A stretch of 64,000 nucleotides of DNA from a virus, in IMG/VR virus record IMGVR_UViG_3300048066_000291, positions 19,142 to 83,141 of that record. One strand, written 5' to 3'. This document shows positions 18,148 through 26,673 of the stretch, in pieces. Every line of letters starts with the position of its first letter. The stretch's first letter is position 1. The position numbers and the translations under genes are program-made. Below the pieces are notes generated by a model. It saw nothing but the letters and a program-made list of their open reading frames with translations, was not told where the DNA came from and did not search any database.

Positions 18148-19010
18148 ACAGCCATAGGCGCCTTGATTGAATCCATTGGAGTATATCCGATAAGTTTATA
18201 ATCACTAGGAGTAGTTTTTACTAGTTCGTTTAAATCTTTAAACACAGGCATTTCTAGTGTAGGTCCTGTAACAGGCGTTCTAATAATTTGTTGTTGCACT
18301 TGTTCAAAGTGATTTTGATAGATATGGCAATCTCCGCCAGTCCATATGAAGTCACCTACTTTAAGATCAAGCAGTTGTGCAAACATATGTGTCAACAAAC
18401 TATAACTAGCAATGTTAAAAGGAACACCTAAGAACATATCAGCACTACGCTGATACAATTGGCAACTTAGCTCGCCATCTTGTATGTGAAATTGAAACAT
18501 AGTATGACATGGCGGAAGTGCCATTACGTTTACTCTGTCAGCATTCCATGCACTAACAATGTGTCTACGACTATCCGGATTATAGTACATATTTTCTAAC
18601 ACTTCTGCAATTTGATCTACAAACCCAAGTTGTGCATCCCAACTGCGCCATTGATGACCGTATACAGGACCTAAATCTTTTGTTGTATCGTCATTAACAT
18701 AACCTAGTTGCTTGCCTTGGTTGTCAGCATTAGCAGTCCAAATAGTTGTTTTGCCTACTAGTTCTTCTCTAGGCTTGCCGTAGTGTATTTCAGCAAGTCT
18801 ACGTTCGTCACTAGATCCTTCTAGCATCCATAGCAGTTCACTTACAACACTTTTCCATGCAAGTTTCTTTGTAGTTACAGCAGGAAATTCATTACGTAAA
18901 TCAAAACGCATTTGATAACCAAATACGCTACGTGTGCCTACGCCTGTTCTGTCATCGCGGTCCTTGCCGTGTAATAAAATGTGATGTAATGCGTCTAAAT
19001 ATTGCTTCAT
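18144..19010 (-). CDS. thyA: Thymidylate synthase
   Basis: DRTGVGT, LGPVYG.QWR, MALPPCH, YQRSADMFLGVPFNIASY; start set at MKQYL (ATGA overlap). Confidence 0.97.
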   Translation of the reverse strand: MKQYLDALHHILLHGKDRDDRTGVGTRSVFGYQMRFDLRNEFPAVTTKKLAWKSVVSELLWMLEGSSDERRLAEIHYGKPREELVGKTTIWTANADNQGKQLGYVNDDTTKDLGPVYGHQWRSWDAQLGFVDQIAEVLENMYYNPDSRRHIVSAWNADRVNVMALPPCHTMFQFHIQDGELSCQLYQRSADMFLGVPFNIASYSLLTHMFAQLLDLKVGDFIWTGGDCHIYQNHFEQVQQQIIRTPVTGPTLEMPVFKDLNELVKTTPSDYKLIGYTPMDSIKAPMAV

Positions 19011-19501
19011 ACTGTTTTCCGTTTTTTCCAAATCTCAAATGTAACTGCATCGTGGCTCTCTGTCCACGTTTTTTCAAATAACGATTCAATCTTTCTAAGT
19101 GGTAAAAATGTATCACAAGCATATGCGCCAGGAATACGACTTAAAAAGAATTCATCAATAACACCTAATGTTTGCTCTATGATCTTTGGACCACCAATCA
19201 CCCAAGTAATAACACCTTCGTTTTCATGTTCAATCTGTTTTACTTCACTGTTTAAATCACCACTAATATACATATCTGCACCCGGGTAATCATCCTTGCG
19301 TGAAGTTGCTAGTACATTAGTACGCTTAGGCAACGGACGCGGCATATGCGGATCATCCCAAGTAGTAGATCCCATTATAACAATGTGTCCTGCTGTGTTA
19401 TCTTTGAACCATCTAAGGTCTGTTGGATTGTTAGGCCAGGGTAAAGTGCCATTTTTACTTACGCCACCGTAGTCGTCACATGCTAGTATTGCCTTGATCA
19501 T
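19007..19501 (-). CDS. folA: Dihydrofolate reductase
   Basis: GTLPW, DL..FK, IMG.TTW, RPLPKR.N, VIGG, CDTF. Confidence 0.93.
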   Translation of the reverse strand: MIKAILACDDYGGVSKNGTLPWPNNPTDLRWFKDNTAGHIVIMGSTTWDDPHMPRPLPKRTNVLATSRKDDYPGADMYISGDLNSEVKQIEHENEGVITWVIGGPKIIEQTLGVIDEFFLSRIPGAYACDTFLPLRKIESLFEKTWTESHDAVTFEIWKKRKTV

Positions 19502-19848
19502 TACATATCTCCTTCACCCGGCTGTCCTGATAGCATTGGTAGTTTATTGGGTACTCCGTCCCATTCTTCGTGATCGGGTAGAGCACCTTTTGACTCTGTA
19601 ATTACAGGCCAAACTTCACTATACTTTTGATTTATCTCTGTCCACTTAATAAGTTCTTGCTCGTCAAGTGTATGGTCTGGTACAATAGCATCAATAGGAC
19701 ACTCTGGTTCACATACTCCGCAATCAATACATTCATCGGGATTAATTACCAAGAAGTTTTCACCCTCATAAAAACAATCTACTGGACACACTTCAACGCA
19801 TGTAGTGTGCTTACATTTGATACAATTTTCTGTAACTAAGTACGTCAT
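19501..19848 (-). CDS. fdxA: FdxA-type (7Fe/8Fe) ferredoxin
   Basis: [18 protein letters not shown] and [12 protein letters not shown]. Confidence 0.92.
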   Translation of the reverse strand: MTYLVTENCIKCKHTTCVEVCPVDCFYEGENFLVINPDECIDCGVCEPECPIDAIVPDHTLDEQELIKWTEINQKYSEVWPVITESKGALPDHEEWDGVPNKLPMLSGQPGEGDM

Positions 19849-20514
19849 TTATAACTCTCCAAAAACATTTGTGTTTACACTAATTATAACTCTATCTTCA
19901 GCACCATTATACTTTGTGGCTTCGTGCGGTATCCAAGCAGGAAATATAAAAACAGTTCCTTCTTCAGGCTCTGCGTCTAAAAACATATGCTGTTCCCACC
20001 ATTGACTTCCTAAGTCATTTGCACCAGCAACTGTGTTCATATTATAGAACCTATTTATACCGTTAGATGTTCTTGTTGAACATTCTGATGATTGTAAATA
20101 AAAAATAGCACCCCAACTATATCCTGGATGTATATGAAATCCGTGACTACCGTTGTCGTTTGTAATATGATACCAACTTTCTTTAATCTGTACTGCCGGT
20201 TTTACATTTTGATCTAAATTGAATAAACCAGTACTGGAAAGCCCGTGAGTCATTATATTGCTAATACAGTTATTAAAGAATAATTTTAGATCTTGCACCT
20301 CAGGTGTCTGCGTTTCTAAAAAGTTAAATTTACTTTCTTTTAAATTAGACTTAAGACTAGCTGAAACACCACTATCAATATCTTCATTTTGTTTATTAGA
20401 CATATCGTAAATTAAGTCTAATAGTTTATCCTTATTTTGTTGATAGTTTTTATACTTATAACTGAAAAAAAGAGTAGGCCAAGCCGCTGTCATTGTTTGC
20501 GGTTCAAAATTCAC
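19849..20514 (-). CDS. Putative 2OG-Fe(II) oxygenase (TIGR02466-like)
   Basis: SW, H.H.P, P.EG..FIFP.W..H, R..IS.N motifs. Confidence 0.8.
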   Translation of the reverse strand: MNFEPQTMTAAWPTLFFSYKYKNYQQNKDKLLDLIYDMSNKQNEDIDSGVSASLKSNLKESKFNFLETQTPEVQDLKLFFNNCISNIMTHGLSSTGLFNLDQNVKPAVQIKESWYHITNDNGSHGFHIHPGYSWGAIFYLQSSECSTRTSNGINRFYNMNTVAGANDLGSQWWEQHMFLDAEPEEGTVFIFPAWIPHEATKYNGAEDRVIISVNTNVFGEL

Positions 20515-21425
20515 AATCTTGCCAATCTAATAAGTGTAGCTGCCAAATTAACTTCTGGATCAACAACCAATGTATGATCTACCATTCCTTGTTTGATTGT
20601 TAGTACTGCTTGATCTTGTTGTTCTGCATCACCAAATAGTTCAATATTGTCATATAGCCAACGATACACTTCTTCCATCTCTTCTGGACGAATTGCGCCA
20701 CACAATAATTTACGTGCTTCTTGAATCTTACCTGCTTTAAACAGTTCAACCATTTCAAGTTTCCAGTCACTCTCGCCTGTGTCGCCTTCGTTGGGTTTAT
20801 TCAATACACCGTCAACACTATTCATTTGTACTGTGTTGATACATTTGCGCAAGTCTGGATATGTGCCTTTTACGTAGGTATCCAACGTATCCAAATCAGG
20901 AGTAACACCTTCAGTGATAAGGATTTCAGCGACTCTAGCCGTGAACTCAGTTTGGTCAATCTTAGCAATGTGGAAACCTTGACACCTACTATGCAAAGCG
21001 GGTATAACACGATTTGGATAGTTACAAGTAAGAATGAAACGAGCAGTAGTATGATACTCCTCCATAACCCCACGGAGAGCTGCTTGAGCGTTTGGTGATA
21101 AGTAATCTGCTTCATCTAGTAATACAACCTTAAAGTCCCCAAATGGGATCATCTGTACAAAGTTAACAATTTTATCTCGTACATCGTCAACTGAGTTTGT
21201 TCGCGATGCGTTAATTTCTAGAATGTCTAGATCATTAATATCTAGTTCGTTAAACAATAGTTTAGCAAGTGTTGTCTTACCAATGCCTGCATTACCACTA
21301 AACAACAAGTGCGGAATAGTTTTATCTTTAATCCAAGTCTGCACTTGTGCTCGTTGTGCTTCGTCTCTAAATACGTATCCATCTACTGTTTTCGGACGAT
21401 ACTTTTCTACCCATAATTCTTTCAT
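20511..21425 (-). CDS. Clamp loader AAA+ subunit (RFC small subunit / T4 gp44-like)
   Basis: WVEKYRP, GNAGIGKTT, LEINAS, LDEAD, SRC motif. Confidence 0.93.
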   Translation of the reverse strand: MKELWVEKYRPKTVDGYVFRDEAQRAQVQTWIKDKTIPHLLFSGNAGIGKTTLAKLLFNELDINDLDILEINASRTNSVDDVRDKIVNFVQMIPFGDFKVVLLDEADYLSPNAQAALRGVMEEYHTTARFILTCNYPNRVIPALHSRCQGFHIAKIDQTEFTARVAEILITEGVTPDLDTLDTYVKGTYPDLRKCINTVQMNSVDGVLNKPNEGDTGESDWKLEMVELFKAGKIQEARKLLCGAIRPEEMEEVYRWLYDNIELFGDAEQQDQAVLTIKQGMVDHTLVVDPEVNLAATLIRLARL

Positions 21426-21583
21426 CTATTTTCCTGCTCTAATCTAAAATTACAATACCAGTTCCAGCCAAACTCATATAATACATACGCTATTATAGCA
21501 CCAAATACAGGTATTGTAAAGAAAGAAGTTGCCAATACATCTGCCATTAAAAATGCTGCTGGATAATCATACCATCTTATCAT
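21422..21583 (-). CDS. Small membrane protein
   Basis: Start moved to MIRWYDYP; hydrophobic core. Confidence 0.6.
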   Translation of the reverse strand: MIRWYDYPAAFLMADVLATSFFTIPVFGAIIAYVLYEFGWNWYCNFRLEQENR

Positions 21584-21587
21584 CCTA

Positions 21588-22205
21588 TTAATCCCATAAG
21601 CTCTCAAAGTACTTTCCAAAGAGTCGGAACCCATTACTTATTCTTTCTTGTTCTGCTTTCATACCTTCCATATCCCAATCGTTATAACTGTAGTAGTATG
21701 ATTGCCAATCGTCTTTGTTCTTTTGCTCAAAGGCGTGGATCATTTCATCCATAACCCAATCCCAACGTTCAAAGTGTTTAGGATCTACATCGCCACCTTT
21801 GGCGTATTTGTTTAGTTGTGCTTTTGTAGCACGTAGTTCTTTTGGTACATCTTCCATGTCAACATTAGGAGCACCATGCTTAGTTTCTTTCAACTGTTTT
21901 AGCATAGGCAAGATGATAGGAGCAAGGGTATGATCCATACTCCAAGTGTCCCAGCGGTCTATGCGTACTTTTACTTTCTGTGTACGTCTGTCAAACCATA
22001 TCCAGTTAAACACGTTGTATACGCTTTGTATAGCGTCCTCAAGTCCTTCTAAGAACGCTTCTTTAAACGGCGGATGCTTACCCGGCCCTAATCCTTTGCT
22101 GGGCTCGTAAACAGGCCAATCAACAATGCCATACTTACGATCCATATAACGTGTATGGATACGGCACGTTAGTCTGCTTGGATACTTACCAATCTTAACC
22201 TTCAT
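21588..22205 (-). CDS. Hypothetical phage protein
   Basis: 205 aa; DTWSMD.TLA.II.P.L..LK and G..LFGKY...LWD patterns typical of phage hypotheticals. Confidence 0.8.
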   Translation of the reverse strand: MKVKIGKYPSRLTCRIHTRYMDRKYGIVDWPVYEPSKGLGPGKHPPFKEAFLEGLEDAIQSVYNVFNWIWFDRRTQKVKVRIDRWDTWSMDHTLAPIILPMLKQLKETKHGAPNVDMEDVPKELRATKAQLNKYAKGGDVDPKHFERWDWVMDEMIHAFEQKNKDDWQSYYYSYNDWDMEGMKAEQERISNGFRLFGKYFESLWD

Positions 22206-22440
22206 AGTTCACTACCGTTACGTTTTCTTCTTTGCCCGGAAGCGCAAATGTTCCTGCATATGCTATCGCTTCGTTGATGTCATCAAACAACACAGGTTGT
22301 AAGTTAAACATATCGCATTTGCCGTTGTCTTCTGTTACAAAGATCCAGTCATCTTCTTCTTTGTTTAGGCAAACCATTACTGCCCACTTTGAGTCTGACT
22401 TGTCTTCAACCATAATCTTCTCGCCTCTGTTCATATTCAT
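22195..22440 (-). CDS. Hypothetical protein (start uncertain)
   Basis: ORF in operon context. Confidence 0.65.
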   Translation of the reverse strand: MNMNRGEKIMVEDKSDSKWAVMVCLNKEEDDWIFVTEDNGKCDMFNLQPVLFDDINEAIAYAGTFALPGKEENVTVVNYEG

Positions 22441-22666
22441 ATAGTAACATAGTTAGCTCATCAATCTTGTTGCCAGTCTCGATTACTTCTGGACACTTGG
22501 TTGCCATTAAATCTAGGTGATAGTTTCCTGGATAGTGTCGCAAACAACCTCTTGCTGTATTCCTAATCTCTCGTGGTACACGAGGTGTCTTTTTAGGATC
22601 ACATAGATCCATCAAAAAACGTTCCGTATATTTAATAGCGTTGTAACGCTCACAAGGTAATGTCAT
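22406..22666 (-). CDS. Hypothetical protein
   Basis: 86 aa; ATGA overlap. Confidence 0.7.
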   Translation of the reverse strand: MTLPCERYNAIKYTERFLMDLCDPKKTPRVPREIRNTARGCLRHYPGNYHLDLMATKCPEVIETGNKIDELTMLLYEYEQRREDYG

Positions 22667-23043
22667 GCTAGGTCCGTTATTAGTTTATATTTGTCCCACG
22701 CTTTCTGTTGTGCAGGATTCATTTCTTCTGGCGGTACAAAACACTCTAGCCAGTAATAAGGCATACGGGGCGGATGTGCTTTGAACTGTCTTGGTTGATG
22801 TAGTTTTCCTGAGTCATACAACTCTACGAGCAAATCATGCATAGCTTTTTGTCTATCTTCTAATCCTGCCCATTCAGGGTTGCTTAAACCACCGTATAGA
22901 TAACCTTCCCAAAGACTAGTCCAGTGACTGTCATTATATGGGTCTACATCTGTGCGAGCAACGATTACTAGCACATCTTTGATGTCTACACGCTCTTCTA
23001 GTATATCACGCATACAGCGAGAAAGGCTTAGTCCTATTTTCAT
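22663..23043 (-). CDS. Hypothetical protein
   Basis: 126 aa; ATGA overlap. Confidence 0.75.
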   Translation of the reverse strand: MKIGLSLSRCMRDILEERVDIKDVLVIVARTDVDPYNDSHWTSLWEGYLYGGLSNPEWAGLEDRQKAMHDLLVELYDSGKLHQPRQFKAHPPRMPYYWLECFVPPEEMNPAQQKAWDKYKLITDLA

Positions 23044-23564
23044 ATAACTCCTAGTTCTTTATAAACCATTTGCACACCCTTTGCTTGAAAGTATGCATCT
23101 GCTAGTGCATTATGCAAATCTGTTTGCATTGCTTTGCGTGGATCTACTTTTGCTAGTGCAAATAATGTTCGACTATCACGTACTTGCCAAAACTGCCACG
23201 GAATAGGTTTACTACACTGTCGCAACATGTCTTCCATAATAGTTACATCAAACCCATAACCGTGTCCCCACAGTACATCAACACCTACCATCCATTTTGG
23301 TAAACTATCTAAAAATGTTTCCATTGATACTCGGTTTGCTGAACTAAATGCTTCTTCCTGCACTTTCGGATCTTGTCGTCCCCACCAAGCAATTGTATCA
23401 TCACTAACATCTCTGTTTTGACTATCAATATCAAGTTTAAAATAAAACTCACTGTGTGGTTCTGAACTGTCAAACGGATTAAATTTTACACCACCTACTG
23501 TAAGTACAGTAGCTTGTGGAGTAGTATGAAGTGTTTCTAAGTCTATCATTGCATGAATAGCCAT
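23040..23564 (-). CDS. DEDDh 3'-5' exonuclease (T4 DexA/RNase AS-like)
   Basis: MIDLET, WG.G..FD, RDSRT, HNAL.DA. Confidence 0.88.
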   Translation of the reverse strand: MAIHAMIDLETLHTTPQATVLTVGGVKFNPFDSSEPHSEFYFKLDIDSQNRDVSDDTIAWWGRQDPKVQEEAFSSANRVSMETFLDSLPKWMVGVDVLWGHGYGFDVTIMEDMLRQCSKPIPWQFWQVRDSRTLFALAKVDPRKAMQTDLHNALADAYFQAKGVQMVYKELGVI

Positions 23565-23566
23565 GT

Positions 23567-23728
23567 TTAGCCCTTCCTATTTTCTTGTCCAATGCCTGAG
23601 ATAATAAGGAATACATACAGCAAAGGCCAAGCCCATCCTGTTAAATATCCTGTTGTGTGTAAGATTAATAAAGCAATGCCTGTAGCACCTGTTGTGCCTA
23701 CGCCTGCTGTTTGTGGTGTAATTTTCAT
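23567..23728 (-). CDS. Small membrane protein (53 aa)
   Basis: Manual translation MKITPQTAGVGTTGATGIALLILH...GWAWPLLYVFLIISGIG; SD TAAGGAG and its own promoter. Confidence 0.75.
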   Translation of the reverse strand: MKITPQTAGVGTTGATGIALLILHTTGYLTGWAWPLLYVFLIISGIGQENRKG

Positions 23729-23732
23729 GAAA

Positions 23733-23780
23733 ACTCCTTAGCTTTATACATATTATAACGCATAAATGCTAAGGAGTCAA
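23733..23780 (-). promoter_or_regulatory. Sigma70 promoter embedded in an RBS-sequestering inverted repeat
   Basis: TTGACT (23775-80), 17 bp, TATAAT (23752-57); arms ACTCCTTAGC (23733-42) and GCTAAGGAGT (23768-77). Confidence 0.8.
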
Positions 23781-23789
23781 GTATTATTT

Positions 23790-24167
23790 TTAGTTATTTT
23801 CTACAAATTTTCTTAAATCTGGTGCAGTCCAACCATCAGGTTTTAGAACTTTTCCGTCTTCACGTTTACGCACCATGCCAGTTTCTGGATCAATCTTAGC
23901 CATGTTTGTACGCATAACTTCGTTCCATGCACCTTCTGCGTCTACGCCTAAACTATTCATAGCACCGATACTAACAACAATAATATCAAGTAATGCATCT
24001 AATTGTTCTACAAGATCGTTATCCTTGATTGCGTCAGCAAGTTCGGCACCTTCTTCTTGAATTAATTTAAGATACATTCCGTATTGTTCAAAGTTTAAGC
24101 CGTCGCCCGTAACTGTCTGGTCACAGGCTTCCATAAAGTCTTTTTGATCTTTAAATGGGTTTGTCAT
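23790..24167 (-). CDS. All-alpha NTP pyrophosphohydrolase (MazG/PRA-PH-like)
   Basis: LIQEE..EL, DAL.D, EV.R.NM.K, REDGKVLKP.GW. Confidence 0.85.
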   Translation of the reverse strand: MTNPFKDQKDFMEACDQTVTGDGLNFEQYGMYLKLIQEEGAELADAIKDNDLVEQLDALLDIIVVSIGAMNSLGVDAEGAWNEVMRTNMAKIDPETGMVRKREDGKVLKPDGWTAPDLRKFVENN

Positions 24168-24176
24168 ATTTTCCTC

Positions 24177-24407
24177 TTAGAGTTTGATTGCGATTAGTAT
24201 TAATATTGCAACTAATAAGATATTAGTAAATGCTATTTCAATGGCTAGTATAGTGTGATACCAAATCCATCTAGTTTTGTAAGCGTTTTCAATTGTAACT
24301 TCTTCTGGATCAACGTCATCTTTCATCATATCAATGACGACTGTTTCCTTTTTTATTTCTACATTGTCTTCTTTCTTAACTTTGACTAGATTCTTTAGCC
24401 ATTCCAT
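24177..24407 (-). CDS. Small C-terminally anchored membrane protein
   Basis: Hydrophobic C-terminus. Confidence 0.7.
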   Translation of the reverse strand: MEWLKNLVKVKKEDNVEIKKETVVIDMMKDDVDPEEVTIENAYKTRWIWYHTILAIEIAFTNILLVAILILIAIKL

Positions 24408-24418
24408 TACTTTACCTT

Positions 24419-24820
24419 TTAATTAACGAATGATGATGGATCAATAGTTGCATGTTGACCATCTGAATATTCTGCACCAATTGACACACTTTCTGGTTTT
24501 TCATCTGAGAAAGCAAGAACGCAATCAGCGTCAACCATTCTAACTTCAATCTCACCTTCTTCAGCCTCTAATAACATCGAACGAGTCCATCGACCGTGTT
24601 CGATTAAAATCCATTGGCCAACATCATATTGATCTTTATTTAACGGACCCTTTGAGTAAACTTTAGCCCAGCGTGGGTAAATTCCTCTAGTTTTTCCGTC
24701 ATCATTACCTAAAATAATTCCGCCTTTAGTAACTTGTTCACCAAAGTGCATATCTGTTACTAATACACGATCGCTAACAGCACGAGGCGTGCCTTTAATT
24801 GGTTTTAAATTCTGAGCCAT
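24419..24820 (-). CDS. groES: GroES-like co-chaperonin
   Basis: DRVLV, TKGGIIL mobile loop, V...GP, VG..I pattern. Confidence 0.8.
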   Translation of the reverse strand: MAQNLKPIKGTPRAVSDRVLVTDMHFGEQVTKGGIILGNDDGKTRGIYPRWAKVYSKGPLNKDQYDVGQWILIEHGRWTRSMLLEAEEGEIEVRMVDADCVLAFSDEKPESVSIGAEYSDGQHATIDPSSFVN

Positions 24821-25234
24821 TTATTCACCTTTTGGTACGAAGTTTCCGTCTTTATCCTCAACCCAACCATCATCAAATTCTGCATCTAATGCAGCTACTT
24901 CTGGTTCAACTACAGGCTCAGGATCTTTCTTGCGTGTTACAGTTTTCTTTGCTGGTGCTTCAACAACAGTTTCAACAACATCTTCTGGTGCTTCTGTTTG
25001 AACACCTCTGCTAGATGAGTCTCTAACACTTCCTGCTACTGCATAGTGTTCAGCAATTACATCTTCACGCTTTTTAATAATTTTACCGCCAGCACCTAAC
25101 TGATCGCCCCGAGCGTTAACTCTAGCATTACCAACTGCTGGTGTAAGTTCGTTGCGCTTACGCAACATATCCATATCAACATTCTTTCCCCGCATACTGC
25201 GATACTGTTTTCTTTGTGGACTTTGCTTAGACAT
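24821..25234 (-). CDS. Hypothetical late protein
   Basis: AVGNARVNARGD.LG.GG motif; late promoter and SD AAGGAGG. Confidence 0.8.
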   Translation of the reverse strand: MSKQSPQRKQYRSMRGKNVDMDMLRKRNELTPAVGNARVNARGDQLGAGGKIIKKREDVIAEHYAVAGSVRDSSSRGVQTEAPEDVVETVVEAPAKKTVTRKKDPEPVVEPEVAALDAEFDDGWVEDKDGNFVPKGE

Positions 25235-25267
25235 ATTATTTTGCCTCCTTATAATGTACGTATATTT

Positions 25268-25275
25268 TATTTATC
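25268..25275 (-). promoter_or_regulatory. T4-like late promoter GATAAATA
   Basis: Overlaps the stop codon of the DnaE fragment. Confidence 0.65.
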
Positions 25276-25795
25276 TTAAGAACTCTCTCCAATCCAGGCC
25301 AAACTGGATTGAATCTATTTTATGCACACCTATTAAATACAGCACATAACTTGCTACAGAGCTACCTCTGCCTACACCCCATACAATATCGTTTTCACGC
25401 ATAAAGTCTACAAGATAGATCATATAGCGTAGTAAGTTGTTCATACCTCGTACTTTAAATTGTGCAAGTTCTTCTTCAACTCTTTCTAATTCTGCTAAAT
25501 CATCACCTGCTTTGTTCATTACAAATGTATAAACATCAAGTTCTTTATATTCTTGTGGCATAAACCATTCACTTTGACATACACTGTCAAAAGTCTTTTG
25601 ATCTACATCTAATGGAATATACTTTTGTAGTTTGTCTAGACCTTGTTCTTCCATTGCTGCATTGAACTTGTCTACATCATCGCTCGGGTCACAAAGAACT
25701 ATATGGCACTTATCTATATTGCCACTGTAGATCATATTGATTAGATCCTTGTTAGAGAATCGTGGAATACCTAGTTCATCTGTTTTCATAAGCAT
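25271..25795 (-). CDS. DNA polymerase III alpha (DnaE)-like N-terminal palm fragment
   Basis: ERV.EEL, YL.D.MR.N.I..GVGRGSSVAS.V.YL.G...ID...FGL....FL; ends just before the usual PDID catalytic motif. Confidence 0.85.
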   Translation of the reverse strand: MLMKTDELGIPRFSNKDLINMIYSGNIDKCHIVLCDPSDDVDKFNAAMEEQGLDKLQKYIPLDVDQKTFDSVCQSEWFMPQEYKELDVYTFVMNKAGDDLAELERVEEELAQFKVRGMNNLLRYMIYLVDFMRENDIVWGVGRGSSVASYVLYLIGVHKIDSIQFGLDWREFLR

Positions 25796-25801
25796 ACTTG
25801 T

Positions 25802-25830
25802 ATTTTATGATACTTTGATTAAATTGTCAA
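25802..25830 (-). promoter_or_regulatory. Sigma70 promoter, predicted leaderless transcript
   Basis: TTGACA-17-TAAAAT, 6 bp, ATG. Confidence 0.75.
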
Positions 25831-26047
25831 GAGAATTATCGCCATCTTGTTGATTATCTCTTTGACGTTGTGCATCGATACGATGCCGGGTTTGAATTTG
25901 TTCTCTATAAATGTCTATTATAACTGATATTTGAGATTGAACACTAGGATTGTTTGTTAGAAAGTACTTACGTTGGAGTTCAATAACTTTATCTTCCAAC
26001 TCATTAATAGATAGATTATCTAAATTATCAACGTAAGGATGTAACAT
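25805..26047 (-). CDS. Hypothetical protein
   Basis: 80-aa helical ORF, TAATG coupled. Confidence 0.7.
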   Translation of the reverse strand: MLHPYVDNLDNLSINELEDKVIELQRKYFLTNNPSVQSQISVIIDIYREQIQTRHRIDAQRQRDNQQDGDNSLDNLIKVS

Positions 26048-26643
26048 TATGCAGAAAATTGTCCTTTATAATCTGCGTATACTGTTGTGCCTTGATTATA
26101 AGACCAAAACTCAATAATATAAGGATCTGTACTACTGTCTACACTAAGTGTTGCAGCGCCACTGCCGCCAGTTCTTGGATAGCCTGGTCCATACTTAATT
26201 GTTCCGCCGGCTGCTACTGAAAATGACACATTAACAGGACTATCATTGCCAAATAACTGTACAGTAATTTTTGATAGGTTATCTCTAGCTGGCCAATCTG
26301 CAAGTGCAAAATTAATAGTAGTAGTACCTTCAGGTAAGTTAAGAGAAGCAGTTTGATACCTACCATTTAGCAAGCTAATATTTTGTCCTGATATAACAGT
26401 TCCGATACCATGATATTGATCAGTTGCTAAATTAAAGTTTGCATCATTAATATTAGTGCCGTTAAAATCATTACCGGCATTAAGTTTTGCAGTACTATTT
26501 TGCAGTGTGGTTATTTCTCCGGCTGCTGTAGATAATCCTGATTTAATGATAGTAAAGTTATCACGGAAGCCTTGAGTGTCGTTATCAACTCCTGCTACCG
26601 GATATGCTCCGTCAATTGTGTCGCTTACAATGTTACTGGCCAT
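26047..26643 (-). CDS. Putative virion structural (baseplate/tail) protein
   Basis: PVAGVDNDTQGFRDNF N-terminal motif; beta-rich; late promoter. Confidence 0.65.
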   Translation of the reverse strand: MASNIVSDTIDGAYPVAGVDNDTQGFRDNFTIIKSGLSTAAGEITTLQNSTAKLNAGNDFNGTNINDANFNLATDQYHGIGTVISGQNISLLNGRYQTASLNLPEGTTTINFALADWPARDNLSKITVQLFGNDSPVNVSFSVAAGGTIKYGPGYPRTGGSGAATLSVDSSTDPYIIEFWSYNQGTTVYADYKGQFSA

Positions 26644-26661
26644 GTTGTTTCCTCTTTAATA

Positions 26662-26669
26662 TATTTATC
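26662..26669 (-). promoter_or_regulatory. T4-like late promoter GATAAATA
   Basis: Intergenic CGATAAATA. Confidence 0.75.
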
Positions 26670-26673
26670 GTTG

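Noticed and set aside
25234-25275. Frameshift or read-through joining the DnaE fragment to the next ORF
   Set aside because: The downstream ORF has its own late promoter and SD and shows no DnaE motifs such as PDID.
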